A stretch of 64,000 bases of DNA from a virus. Below the pieces are notes generated by a model. That model had not been told where the DNA came from, ran no database searches, and was given only the letters and a program-made list of their open reading frames with translations. The position numbers and the translations under genes are program-made. The stretch lies in the IMG/VR virus record IMGVR_UViG_3300046744_000223, positions 32,001 to 96,000 of that record; one strand, 5' to 3'. Shown here piece after piece: positions 1 through 10,442 of this stretch. Position 1 is the first letter of the stretch, and each line of letters opens with the position of its first letter.

Positions 1-3000
1 TTTAAAGTAAAGTCTTCTACGTCAATCACAACATCACTACCACTTAATAATGCAGCTGAACCGGTTATCTGACCATTACTTCTTAAAATAAGATTATTGT
101 TTGATGATGATATTGTAGTGGCGTTTATACCAAACCCACCGATTTCACCAAAGGTTGCAATGATACCACCTTGAAGGAATACATTATCAGTAGCTAAACC
201 AAAACCAGGAGTATTATTACCCAATACCATATTACTACCGGCTAACCCACTAAGGTCACCCAAACGTGCTTTAAGGTCTACATCATATAAACCACTACCC
301 GTTCTTTCTACAATATCAATATATGGTGTAGATGGGTCATTTGGATTTGCGTTAATTCTAATGTAACCACTTCCAATTTTACCAGTAGATACCAAAACCT
401 GACCAGTATCGTATTCTTGTGCTACCGATGCAATATCCCCAAGTGAGGCAGTATCTCCGGTCGTACCACTACCATATGAACGTGTAACGTCTAATATACC
501 TGTTAGGTCGGTATCACTACCACCATCCAATCGTGATGAACTATGTACTCTAACGTACTCAGTTGTAAATCCAGTATTATTTACTTTTTTTAAAGTTAGT
601 ATTTCACCTTCTGCAAAGCCTGTTACATTTTCTACTATAAATCTACTTGCAGATGGTGATATGTTATCATAAATAAATTGTGTTGTTGTGGATGTACCAG
701 CGTTTATAGTTCGTGTGTCGGATAACGATTGTGAATATTTACCAGATGCGGCTACAAACGACGCGCTGGTATTTGGTTTATGTGATGATGTGTCTATTCT
801 TAGTTGTGTATTACTAACACGCTCGAGGATATCGAATGTATGACTACCACCACCATCGTCAAATGTAATCTCCCCATCATCTACAATTGAAGTTGGCCAG
901 GTTCCAACTTGCTTATGAACAATATTAGTTGCTTGGGCTTCAGTTACACTCGTAGAGTTTGTAAATGATAATGCGAATTCTAAAGTTTGACCACCATAAG
1001 CTCCATTAAATGAAACCCCACTTAAAAGTGTCATCTCAGTTGGAGGGCCTAACGAGGTCAACATAGCGGTGGCTGTATCACTACTATTACTAAATACGAT
1101 TGCCCCATTCACTTCCGTAATGGTACATATTATATTTTGGAAATGGGCTTCTTCACCCGCTGGTGGTGTCGGCGTTTGTACAACAAAGCTAGTGTATTCA
1201 AAGCTACTCTGACCATTACTAACAGGAGTCCGATTTTGGAACGATGCTGAATATGGTATTGTTGTACTTACTGTAACTTCTTCACTTGCCGAGACTTGTG
1301 AACCAAATGCGTTACTTGAACTATAATACAAATATGCAGTACCACCATCTGCGAAGATTGGTGTATCAATAGTAAACTTTGTGGAATCTTCAACAGATAC
1401 TAATTGATATGGAGTAAATTGTGGAAATTCAATCTTATCCGTACTATTATCACCAAACTCAGTTGGTAGTGATGTAGACGATGTTACCCCACTCGAAGGT
1501 ACTGGCGTTATACTTGAACTATATGACCCACTCAAAGTAGTAGAATTAGCAACATATAGCTGACCACCTACTGCGTTTACACTTTCCTTCTCAAAAGTTG
1601 TAGTTGCAAGAGTACCACGAATCTTAACATTAGCGAATTCAGCTATACCAGTCTCGTCAATCAACCACCCCTTAGTGTCTGATATGTAATCTCTCGTTTT
1701 TATCTTACCTGTTGAATTTATCTCTAAATTATCACTAAAGATTGAACCAGTGTCTACATTCCAACCACCAATACTTGCGGATACAAATCGAGCGAATCCA
1801 TCTTGTGTTATAGATGAACTTGCATTTAGGTCGGTGGATTGGTTACCACCAATTGTTGCAGGAGTACGAATATTGTTTGCCGATAAGTCTGCTTCTATAA
1901 TAGCGTCAGCGCCAATTACTAATCGGTCATTCTTGGGGTCTAAGTGAAATAGTGACGAACTGATTTCTATATTAGAATCAGACCCACTTATAAATTGAGT
2001 GTTGGTTGTACCAATAAAAAACTTATCAGTTTTGACATCCAACAACCCACCATCGGCTGTTGTAAATATTAAGTGTCTATCGTCATTGTCACCAACAAAC
2101 TGCATACCAACACCACGTAGTACATCACTACCCATTTGTAATGCGTTACTACCACTATATAGTATGAACCCACCAGGTCCTTTACCTTCCGATGCCGAAA
2201 TTTGACCATCGTACCCTACTGATTTTAGAAAACCACTGGAATGACCACCTATTTCTAAACCACTACCAATAGCGTTGGATACGAATATAGAACCAGTAAT
2301 TATGGATTCGGACCCACCTATATAAACGTTACCACCCTCAAATATAACACCTTCAATTAGTATTTCAGTATTAGATACATTACCATTCTTATTTAAGAAT
2401 TGAATCTTTAAAGTTTTAGGGTCGTTTAATTGTTCTGTTGGTATTACAACTTTATATGAAATATCAGGTTCGTTTGGAACGTCAGTATTTGATATTATCT
2501 CAAAATCAGAGTTTGGTAACCCTTGTGATTTAATCAAGGTATTTACAGAGCTAATTCTACCCGATACCGGATTTACATTTGATAATGTAATATTTGCAAC
2601 TGCTACTTGATTTTGAGTTGTATTTAACGAACCAGTTGACTGATATCGTATTGTGCCGGTTATGGTGTCGTTGGAATATTCATATGTATGAATTGAACCA
2701 TCACTACGATTATCACTTGATGTTATTGGTAATTTTACTCTAAATATACTATCACTTATAATTTCAGTAATACTTGAAGTAACTTTAGTTGGTTGTAGTT
2801 GACCACCAGTCAGTCGTGGGAATAGAGTGGTAGATGATAAATCTAATTCAAGAGTACCATCCAACATTTCACCATTTATAGTTGTAGATGGTATAAGCGT
2901 AGAGGACGCACTTACAAATTCAAAACTTTGTGGAGATAGTTGTGATACTAATTGGTAACTAATAGTAGAACCATCCACAGATGAGTCTATTGTATACCCA

Positions 3001-3824
3001 CTAGCTAATGTAAGTAGGTTAGTATCAAACGTATCTATTAAAGCGGTTCTTAGTAATACACCACCTTGTCTAAATGTCTGAGTGTTTGAATAAATGTAAA
3101 CTGACCCAGTGTTTTCGTAAAAGTTAGGCCATGGTGACGAGTTGTCAATAAGATTTGATGGTGTGAGTGGTATCGTAGTACTACCACCAGTCAATGCATT
3201 CGATGTAAAAGACGCACTAACAGTTGTATTACTTATAGATTCACTCAACCCTACCTCAAACGAAACATCGTCACCATATATAGACTTTTTATATGTAAAC
3301 TCACCATTTACTGAAACCTTTGATAGTACACCATTTGTTTGGGGTAGTTCTGTAAATGAATCAACTGAGGCTGATACATCTCCATTCGGAGTATCTACGA
3401 AAACAATATCAGATATTGATTTTTGATTTTTTACAACATTTACTTCACGAGTGTATCTGATAGGACCTTCCGTGGTATTTGCTACGATTGTTACCGTACA
3501 TATTCCATCAGGAGTATGATACCTATCGTTATCGTCAGAGTAAACCCAAACAGTAATCAGTTGAGATTTATCGTCATCCTTATACTTGGGAGCTTCCCAA
3601 TATATCGTATTACCATTACTATCCAATACCTCAACGTCAATTTGAGTATTAGTAACAATCGAACGTGGTTGTGGTTTTATTCTAAACGAGTTCTTACCCT
3701 CTCCAAAAAATTCTGGAAAGTTTCTGATACCAAATACCCTAACTGCTTCTTTATCATCTAAATCAAGAGCGTTTGATATTTTACTTAAAAATTGCTTAGA
3801 CCTTCGTTTTAGTTCTAATCCCAT
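1..3824 (-). CDS. Large virion structural/tail fibre-like protein (partial, runs off window start, >1270 aa)
   Basis: ATG at 3824 (MGLELKRRSKQF...), same frame is open at the window start (...QITGSAALLSGSDVVIDVEDFTL); absent from the ORF track because no stop is reached; S/G/T-rich beta-type sequence; TATTTATA motif 22 nt upstream. Confidence 0.65.
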   Translation of the reverse strand, partial: MGLELKRRSKQFLSKISNALDLDDKEAVRVFGIRNFPEFFGEGKNSFRIKPQPRSIVTNTQIDVEVLDSNGNTIYWEAPKYKDDDKSQLITVWVYSDDNDRYHTPDGICTVTIVANTTEGPIRYTREVNVVKNQKSISDIVFVDTPNGDVSASVDSFTELPQTNGVLSKVSVNGEFTYKKSIYGDDVSFEVGLSESISNTTVSASFTSNALTGGSTTIPLTPSNLIDNSSPWPNFYENTGSVYIYSNTQTFRQGGVLLRTALIDTFDTNLLTLASGYTIDSSVDGSTISYQLVSQLSPQSFEFVSASSTLIPSTTINGEMLDGTLELDLSSTTLFPRLTGGQLQPTKVTSSITEIISDSIFRVKLPITSSDNRSDGSIHTYEYSNDTITGTIRYQSTGSLNTTQNQVAVANITLSNVNPVSGRISSVNTLIKSQGLPNSDFEIISNTDVPNEPDISYKVVIPTEQLNDPKTLKIQFLNKNGNVSNTEILIEGVIFEGGNVYIGGSESIITGSIFVSNAIGSGLEIGGHSSGFLKSVGYDGQISASEGKGPGGFILYSGSNALQMGSDVLRGVGMQFVGDNDDRHLIFTTADGGLLDVKTDKFFIGTTNTQFISGSDSNIEISSSLFHLDPKNDRLVIGADAIIEADLSANNIRTPATIGGNQSTDLNASSSITQDGFARFVSASIGGWNVDTGSIFSDNLEINSTGKIKTRDYISDTKGWLIDETGIAEFANVKIRGTLATTTFEKESVNAVGGQLYVANSTTLSGSYSSSITPVPSSGVTSSTSLPTEFGDNSTDKIEFPQFTPYQLVSVEDSTKFTIDTPIFADGGTAYLYYSSSNAFGSQVSASEEVTVSTTIPYSASFQNRTPVSNGQSSFEYTSFVVQTPTPPAGEEAHFQNIICTITEVNGAIVFSNSSDTATAMLTSLGPPTEMTLLSGVSFNGAYGGQTLEFALSFTNSTSVTEAQATNIVHKQVGTWPTSIVDDGEITFDDGGGSHTFDILERVSNTQLRIDTSSHKPNTSASFVAASGKYSQSLSDTRTINAGTSTTTQFIYDNISPSASRFIVENVTGFAEGEILTLKKVNNTGFTTEYVRVHSSSRLDGGSDTDLTGILDVTRSYGSGTTGDTASLGDIASVAQEYDTGQVLVSTGKIGSGYIRINANPNDPSTPYIDIVERTGSGLYDVDLKARLGDLSGLAGSNMVLGNNTPGFGLATDNVFLQGGIIATFGEIGGFGINATTISSSNNNLILRSNGQITGSAALLSGSDVVIDVEDFTL

Positions 3825-3844
3825 TAACGGACTCCATTACTTTC

Positions 3845-6800
3845 TTATAAATATGACACCTTAGAGAATCCCCTAACTTTATTGATATCAATTATCTGGT
3901 CAACCATATCTCTGGTCTTATCAATGTGTGATATTGTTATGATAAAATCAAATTGTGTCTTTAGGTAGTCAAATAATAAATATAAAGAATTAAAGTTATC
4001 CGTGTCTAATGAACCAAATCCCTCATCAATAGCGATGAAGTTTGGTCTTGGTAGATTCGATACATTAATCAATGCGGTTCTAATTGCAATTGACGATATG
4101 AACTTTTCCATACCACTTGTAAGTTCTAATGGCCAGTATTCCTCAGTACCATATGCAATGTATGAGTTGATATTCTTACCATCAGTATTTAGTAGTACTT
4201 GAAAGTCTACTATTGGTTGTAGTATGTTGTTAATCTCAACCTCTAACTTAGGTAAGACATCTGAAATAAGATTATATGGTATACCATCTCTCTTTACACA
4301 TTTAAGATAATATTCATAACCATCAAAACGAACTTCCATATCACGAAGTTTATCGATTGACGTATTTACCATATCTATTGTTTTTTCGGCTAACTTAATA
4401 TCCGAATTAACATCCATAATCTCGGTGGTAATATCACGAATCTCATCTTTAAGTTTATCTCGTGTGATTTTAAAAGATTTTACCTTTTCTTGTATTTGAG
4501 CATTATGGGTTACAGCTTCTTGTTGATTTTTAGCACGAGTTACCTTTTCTTTTAAAGATTCCATCTCTAAGGTCATATTATCAACACGAAGAATACACCC
4601 ATCATACTCAGATTCATACTTACTTAACTTACTATGTAACTCTTTAGAATCTAATACTAACTCATTATATACTTTTAATTTGTCCGATACATTGTGGGTA
4701 TCTCGTTCAGTCATTACATCTAACCTACTTGAAACTAACGTTGAGTATTCTTTACCTAATCGTTCTAACCCAACCTCAAGTGTTTGTGCTTGTTTAGCAA
4801 ACGGAGTGTTTTGATTTTTTACACAATGTTCACAAGTTTCATCAAAGGTCAATGACCCAATACCATCTAAGTGTTTTTTTGAATGAACCATTTCTGATTC
4901 TAATTTGGTTAACTCAACACCCATCTGATTAAATTTATTATCGAGTATCTTGTATTGTTTATCTGACTCAATTAATTCACTCTCGTTAAACTTAGATAGT
5001 TTAGACTGAATATTCTTTATATCAGTATTTGTTTTTTTAATAGATACCGATACCCCATCACATGACATTTGTTGTTTGTTAATGTACTCTTGTTGTAGTT
5101 CGAGCTTATCTTCTAAATCAGAAACATCACCTAAATCTTCAACAGGCTTGAGTGCGCCCATTTCAAATTCTATTTTAATGTTTGTGTTATCACATTTTGT
5201 CTCCAACTCCGAACGTCTATCTTGTAAGTCGGTCAATGAGCCAGTAATTGATGTCAGTGTATCTTCTGCCTCTGCAAGTTGTGTTGGTAGGTCTTGGTTT
5301 TTGTAATCTTTTAAAAGAGCTGATAATTCTTTAATCTCCTCACTTGCGATTTGGTATAACCCTTCAAAGACATCCATGTCCAAGAATTGGGCGAGGAGTT
5401 CTTTTCGTTCCTTCTGAGACTTTTCGATGAACCCACTATTGTTCGATTGGGTTGACATGGCTGTAAGGATGAAATCCTCGTATGTTCCAACATATTCTCT
5501 TATATTTACATTTGTATCTCTACGTTGTTCACCATTTAAAGATTCTTTCTGACCATCTATAATTCTATAAAAGTCAGTATTAACCTTCACAGTACCACGC
5601 TTTGGTGATTTTTTTGCGGTACGTTCAATTGTGTAATCAACACCATTTAATTCAAAAGTAAATGAACAATTAAATGACATCTTAGAATAGTTCATAACGT
5701 CTTCTGCTTTAGAAGTACGAGAACATTTATCGAATATACAAAATGAAAGAGCATCCCATAAGGTTGATTTACCACTTGCGTTTGGGGCAAAGATACCATA
5801 TGCTCCTTTCATTTGACTAAAGTCTACAACATTGTTAGGGCCATACGAGAACATATTCGAGAATTCAAACTTCTTTGGTATCCAAGTGGTGTTGGTAATT
5901 GCTCGGTGGATTCCCAACTTTGAGTTGATGTCGTTATTAATACCTTTAACGACTTCAAGTTGTTGTTCGGTGAGGTGTTCGTTTTCATTTAAGAAATCTT
6001 CAATCAATTTATTTTGGAAAGCAGTATCACGTACATTCTGAAGAACAATCTTTTCACTATCACTACCACTTTTACGAGTAATTACTTTTTGTATCGTTAA
6101 TTCTTGAACCTGCCTACCCTTCTTTAACTCTGCTATAATCTTGTTTAGTTCAGATGCCTTAGTATCTTTTACACGAACTCTCATTCGTGGTTTTTGAGGA
6201 ATTGGCATACTTGATACAATCTTACCCTCTTCAATATCAACGGTTACATAACCATAGTCATTTGGAATTCTTACAAACTCACTTGTACGAGTTAGAACAT
6301 CCCAAACTAAAATACCATGGTCTGGATATTTTGCCTCACCATGATTCTGAACTATAAGTGAACCCGCGTACTTTATTGTATCAACACCTTGAACTGCATT
6401 ATTTGGTTTATGGATATCACCCAACATCACCATATCATACCCATCAAAGTTTCCTACGTTGATATTCTTATTCTCTATTGCAAACCCATGTTCAGTCTCA
6501 ATCTTATCAACAGGTCCGTGAAATACACCAATCTTAGTATCACCTTTGTAATCAGCCGATGGTGGAAATCCTGGAGACTTATCCCAAACTGATTGGTGTA
6601 CTATTGTGAGGTCACCCAATGACCAAGCACCTGTATCTTTTAGGTAGAATAGGTTTGGGTGTTTCAATGCGTTAATAATTGGTGACAATGCATCTAACCT
6701 TGACGTGTTGTTTAGATTAGCATCGTGATTACCAGGAATGACAATTGTTGGTAGTAAGTCTGCTAATCGAGTAAAGAACTCTTGAGTCAAGTCTACCACT

Positions 6801-7012
6801 TCGGGTGACATATCAGTCTTAGCATGAACGATATCACCTGCAATGTATATGATGTCATTTTCATCCATTGTGGATAGAATATACCCATAAAGTTGGGAAA
6901 ATACATCACGATACTCTTTGTGTCGCTTGAGGTTTCTTATATGTACATCTGCGATATGATAAACTTTGTTTACCTTTTCTATACCGACTTTAATTTTTTT
7001 GAGTCGTTTCAT
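3845..7012 (-). CDS. Fused SbcD/Mre11 nuclease - SbcC/Rad50 ATPase (T4 gp47-gp46-like)
   Basis: Metallophosphoesterase motifs HIADVH, GD, PGNHD, GDIH; Walker A APNASGKST; coiled coil with CEHC zinc hook; LTSGMEK signature; Walker B/D-loop IDEGFGSLD. Confidence 0.93.
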   Translation of the reverse strand: MKRLKKIKVGIEKVNKVYHIADVHIRNLKRHKEYRDVFSQLYGYILSTMDENDIIYIAGDIVHAKTDMSPEVVDLTQEFFTRLADLLPTIVIPGNHDANLNNTSRLDALSPIINALKHPNLFYLKDTGAWSLGDLTIVHQSVWDKSPGFPPSADYKGDTKIGVFHGPVDKIETEHGFAIENKNINVGNFDGYDMVMLGDIHKPNNAVQGVDTIKYAGSLIVQNHGEAKYPDHGILVWDVLTRTSEFVRIPNDYGYVTVDIEEGKIVSSMPIPQKPRMRVRVKDTKASELNKIIAELKKGRQVQELTIQKVITRKSGSDSEKIVLQNVRDTAFQNKLIEDFLNENEHLTEQQLEVVKGINNDINSKLGIHRAITNTTWIPKKFEFSNMFSYGPNNVVDFSQMKGAYGIFAPNASGKSTLWDALSFCIFDKCSRTSKAEDVMNYSKMSFNCSFTFELNGVDYTIERTAKKSPKRGTVKVNTDFYRIIDGQKESLNGEQRRDTNVNIREYVGTYEDFILTAMSTQSNNSGFIEKSQKERKELLAQFLDMDVFEGLYQIASEEIKELSALLKDYKNQDLPTQLAEAEDTLTSITGSLTDLQDRRSELETKCDNTNIKIEFEMGALKPVEDLGDVSDLEDKLELQQEYINKQQMSCDGVSVSIKKTNTDIKNIQSKLSKFNESELIESDKQYKILDNKFNQMGVELTKLESEMVHSKKHLDGIGSLTFDETCEHCVKNQNTPFAKQAQTLEVGLERLGKEYSTLVSSRLDVMTERDTHNVSDKLKVYNELVLDSKELHSKLSKYESEYDGCILRVDNMTLEMESLKEKVTRAKNQQEAVTHNAQIQEKVKSFKITRDKLKDEIRDITTEIMDVNSDIKLAEKTIDMVNTSIDKLRDMEVRFDGYEYYLKCVKRDGIPYNLISDVLPKLEVEINNILQPIVDFQVLLNTDGKNINSYIAYGTEEYWPLELTSGMEKFISSIAIRTALINVSNLPRPNFIAIDEGFGSLDTDNFNSLYLLFDYLKTQFDFIITISHIDKTRDMVDQIIDINKVRGFSKVSYL

Positions 7013-7944
7013 ACTCTATACAATTCATACTCAACCAACTTTCTAAGGTCCATTGGTGGAGTATTATAAATTAATTCATTAACATTTTCATAGCCCATAT
7101 CTGATGGGTCTTGGTCACCTAAGTCTACAAGGTGAGTCTCAATTCCATACGACATAAACTTCTTTGTAAGACGCAGAGCATTCTTTATAGCATCTGAATC
7201 TAATACAATATACAACTTTTTTACGGAATTTCCAATTATTTTCTTCTCTAATTCAGATTGTATAGCTTTACCAAATAATGGTATTGCGTTTCTTCGTATT
7301 GATAATGCATCAAATGCACCTTCACATAACACCAGTGGTGTATCCCAATTGATAAGTAATTCAAAACCCACAATGTCCTTAGATACCTTTGGGTTTTTAT
7401 GTTTGTATTGAGTCTGATAGAATGACCTACCAACAAAGAAGTTTAATTTACCACGTTCATCATACGATGGAATTATAATCTTATCTCTATATTCACCCTC
7501 ATCACAAAACCCAATATTATACTTTACAATGTCTTCAGGCCTAACACCACGACCTAACAAATAGTTTAGTGCGTGTTTCCTTTTGTAAGAGTTTGATGGG
7601 TTATAAAGTGGTTGGAATTCTTTGGGAAGCTCTACTTGCTCTACAACGTCTATATTATCGTATTCACTTCTATAACGATTTACCTTACTGAATATCGAGT
7701 TGTACTCATCCCAAGTTGACTTGGATACGCGAAGTTTCTTGAAGAGTGTCTTGATACTTCTACCCTTCTCATCAGAAATCCAACAATGCCACGGGTTGTT
7801 TCCTTTAGAATTAATCCGTATATTAATCTCTAACTTTGGTTTGTAATGGTCAACAAATGGTGAATAGAATGCATAATTATCCCCACTCGTTTTCTTGGAT
7901 GACCCAAGTACGGACTCTAATAATTCAAGTAGTCTTTCTTCCAT
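7009..7944 (-). CDS. DNA primase (DnaG/TOPRIM type)
   Basis: Degenerate Zn-binding N-terminus (WHCW), YLLGRG, IIIP...FFVGR, TOPRIM CEGAFDA and DSD. Confidence 0.85.
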   Translation of the reverse strand: MEERLLELLESVLGSSKKTSGDNYAFYSPFVDHYKPKLEINIRINSKGNNPWHCWISDEKGRSIKTLFKKLRVSKSTWDEYNSIFSKVNRYRSEYDNIDVVEQVELPKEFQPLYNPSNSYKRKHALNYLLGRGVRPEDIVKYNIGFCDEGEYRDKIIIPSYDERGKLNFFVGRSFYQTQYKHKNPKVSKDIVGFELLINWDTPLVLCEGAFDALSIRRNAIPLFGKAIQSELEKKIIGNSVKKLYIVLDSDAIKNALRLTKKFMSYGIETHLVDLGDQDPSDMGYENVNELIYNTPPMDLRKLVEYELYRV

Positions 7945-7949
7945 AACTA

Positions 7950-7980
7950 CTAATATACGAAATTATTTTGAATAATCAAA
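7950..7980 (-). promoter_or_regulatory. Promoter of the primase/SbcDC operon
   Basis: TTTG...TATATTAG, 5 nt before the ATG. Confidence 0.65.
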
Positions 7981-8394
7981 GAAATCAGCGGAAGGTTTTT
8001 CATCAATCCACTCTTGGGGTATTTCTTTCTTGGCCCATTTGAATCCATTCTTCTCACACCATTGTGCGTAAGTGGTCTTTGAACCTTTGTAAATTTTACC
8101 ATTGGGAGATTGTAAAACGAATCGTAAATCAACGTTAGGATTTTGCTCTTTGATTAAAAGATGTTTCTTCCTATCATCGGGCAAGAACCACCCCTTCGAC
8201 TCTATGAATATACCATTAGGTAATCTAAAGTCTGGTTTGTAAGTATGATTAGTTGCTGGAATTGTATATCCGAATTCATGCTTCTCGTACTCACCATCAA
8301 TACCTTGTAATTTAAGTTGCTCATCTATACGAGTCTCCAAACCACTTTTATGACCCTTCATCTTTTGGATGTGGGACCAATTTCCTTTTGCCAT
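7963..8394 (-). CDS. Endonuclease I-like Holliday junction resolvase (T7 gp3 family)
   Basis: KSGLE, YKPDF, IESKG, DRKKHLLIKEQNP, TTYAQWCEKNGF. Confidence 0.88.
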   Translation of the reverse strand: MAKGNWSHIQKMKGHKSGLETRIDEQLKLQGIDGEYEKHEFGYTIPATNHTYKPDFRLPNGIFIESKGWFLPDDRKKHLLIKEQNPNVDLRFVLQSPNGKIYKGSKTTYAQWCEKNGFKWAKKEIPQEWIDEKPSADFFDYSK

Positions 8395-8400
8395 AACTTT

Positions 8401-9864
8401 TTAGTCTATATCAAATTTAACGTTGATTGTCACGTCAACGTCTTTTCTCTTTTTCAATGGTGAACCTAACTTTGCTATTGCTAATAAATCACCAGTGTCG
8501 TTATATAATCCAAGCTGAGTAATGTATGGTCTAAAGTCTGAACCTGTGACCATATTTATTAATCGGTTATCATCAGCGGTGCCGCCAATTCGAAGCGATG
8601 GGTTTGATGACACATTGTATTCGTTTCTATTTATCTCACATAATACAGAAACTTCTTCGATTGTTTTAGTAGACCTATACTTTAATTCATAATCACGATT
8701 TGTATAATCACCATTGTTATTTCCTAAAAATATATTCTGATATCTATACCTTGGGTCTGACGTAATAATCATACCTTGTTTATAAAATACATAACCCACT
8801 TCTTTTCTTTGTAGAGCAGACCCACTTGGAGAAGTATCTGCTAGCGATATTATATTATCATCAGTTAATGCGGTTTTTGATATTCTAAATTGTGATATAG
8901 AACCACTAAAGTTTGCTTCAGTATTTTCAACATTACGACTACCTATGAGTATATCCCTATCATTGTTTACATTTGTCTTAAACGAATAAGATGCTGATGT
9001 GTCAACAATACCATCAACGTATAAGTAGATGAGGTCGTCTTTTTTATTGAGTACATATTTGTGATGTGTTCCATCAGCGTATGCTGTGGATGAGGAAAAG
9101 TTCATTGTAATATTACCATCTGAGGCTTTTACAAATATATGACCAGGACTTGTTGGGTGGTTTTCTGAGTAGAATGATATGTCAAATGGGTACTGACCAG
9201 ACCCATCGGCTTTTGTGGTCTCTAATCCATCATCACCTATGGTGGATAGTGTATTTCGTTTTTGAACTAAGCTAAACTCTCGTCTACCTGCAATTGATTG
9301 TGATGGTGGGATGGTTGCTCCAAATGAAACTGCCCAATCATCATTTTTATTTAATATATTAAAATGACTTTGATGTTTGATTTGAATACTACGTGTTTGT
9401 TCAAAGTTATATGTGTTACCAATACCAGATACCGGATTTGACGAGATAGCCGAATCACTACCAGCTCCAATAGAATCTCCATCGGATGGTGGGTTTGATG
9501 ATAATGATATTGCACCACCACTTAAAGTTAGGTTTAATGTTACTCCAGGCTCAATTTGGTGAATACCATCAACTCGTATAGACCCATTTACCATAGATAC
9601 TGACAATGATGTATTGCCAGAACTATATACAGAACCATTACTTGCGGCTGTATAACCAGTACCACCAATTGTATAGGTTAAGTCGGTGAAGTTGTCAAAG
9701 TAGTAATCTGAATTTGGGTGAATGTAAAATGTCAGATATAATATAGTACCATTGATACCATTTGATACCTCTTTGGTTACTATCGCAGATGTAAAAGGGC
9801 TTGCTCCAGTTGTAACTTTGGTATTAGCTGAATCATTTGTTATGTTTATTTTAAATACACCCAT
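8401..9864 (-). CDS. Virion structural protein with LamG-like domain and baseplate/tail-type C-terminus
   Basis: LamG-like YLYVDG...ILIG...FSGSISQFRI; C-terminal YITQLGLYNDTGDLLAIAKL. Confidence 0.7.
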   Translation of the reverse strand: MGVFKINITNDSANTKVTTGASPFTSAIVTKEVSNGINGTILYLTFYIHPNSDYYFDNFTDLTYTIGGTGYTAASNGSVYSSGNTSLSVSMVNGSIRVDGIHQIEPGVTLNLTLSGGAISLSSNPPSDGDSIGAGSDSAISSNPVSGIGNTYNFEQTRSIQIKHQSHFNILNKNDDWAVSFGATIPPSQSIAGRREFSLVQKRNTLSTIGDDGLETTKADGSGQYPFDISFYSENHPTSPGHIFVKASDGNITMNFSSSTAYADGTHHKYVLNKKDDLIYLYVDGIVDTSASYSFKTNVNNDRDILIGSRNVENTEANFSGSISQFRISKTALTDDNIISLADTSPSGSALQRKEVGYVFYKQGMIITSDPRYRYQNIFLGNNNGDYTNRDYELKYRSTKTIEEVSVLCEINRNEYNVSSNPSLRIGGTADDNRLINMVTGSDFRPYITQLGLYNDTGDLLAIAKLGSPLKKRKDVDVTINVKFDID

Positions 9865-10430
9865 TACACAATTCTATTTACAAAGTTAGATTTATCACTT
9901 GTGTCTGATTCAAAATCCAAATAAACTAAAGTATCGGTTGATTTAATATATGACGATCCAGTTTGTTCACTTGCGATTAGTAATCCATATTCATCATCAA
10001 CTTTTTGGTCATAAAGTCGTATAGCCGATGCTGGGTAATTTGAGTTGTCAATAATAGAAATAGAACCCGGCTTTATACCATCACCAAATTTATTTTGTGG
10101 AATCGATACTATTGAAGCTGTATCGTATAGTTTAATATCAGTTCTTCTTTTAAAGAATGTGGAGTTTATTGAATTCCATACAATATATTGTGGTATAGAA
10201 TTTAATTCATCAGTTACACCATGAGATGATGTCAAAAATGTATCTACACCAATTTCACCCGACACTGACGTTGATACTTCGGTTAATGTACCATTATCCG
10301 AAATACCCCTAAGTACAGAAATCTCAAAAGATGATGAGTGGTTTACATTCGTAACTTCATATCTTTTATGAGCTTTAAATGGTCTTCTCTGAATACCACC
10401 ATTGAATATTTTTTTTAATGCTATTCCCAT
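9864..10430 (-). CDS. Virion structural protein (N-terminal part of a split paralogue of 10443..11681)
   Basis: SIPQNKFGDGIKPGS parallels TINRARIKDKLDPGN; located in the tail module. Confidence 0.55.
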   Translation of the reverse strand: MGIALKKIFNGGIQRRPFKAHKRYEVTNVNHSSSFEISVLRGISDNGTLTEVSTSVSGEIGVDTFLTSSHGVTDELNSIPQYIVWNSINSTFFKRRTDIKLYDTASIVSIPQNKFGDGIKPGSISIIDNSNYPASAIRLYDQKVDDEYGLLIASEQTGSSYIKSTDTLVYLDFESDTSDKSNFVNRIV

Positions 10431-10442
10431 GAGTGACCATCG

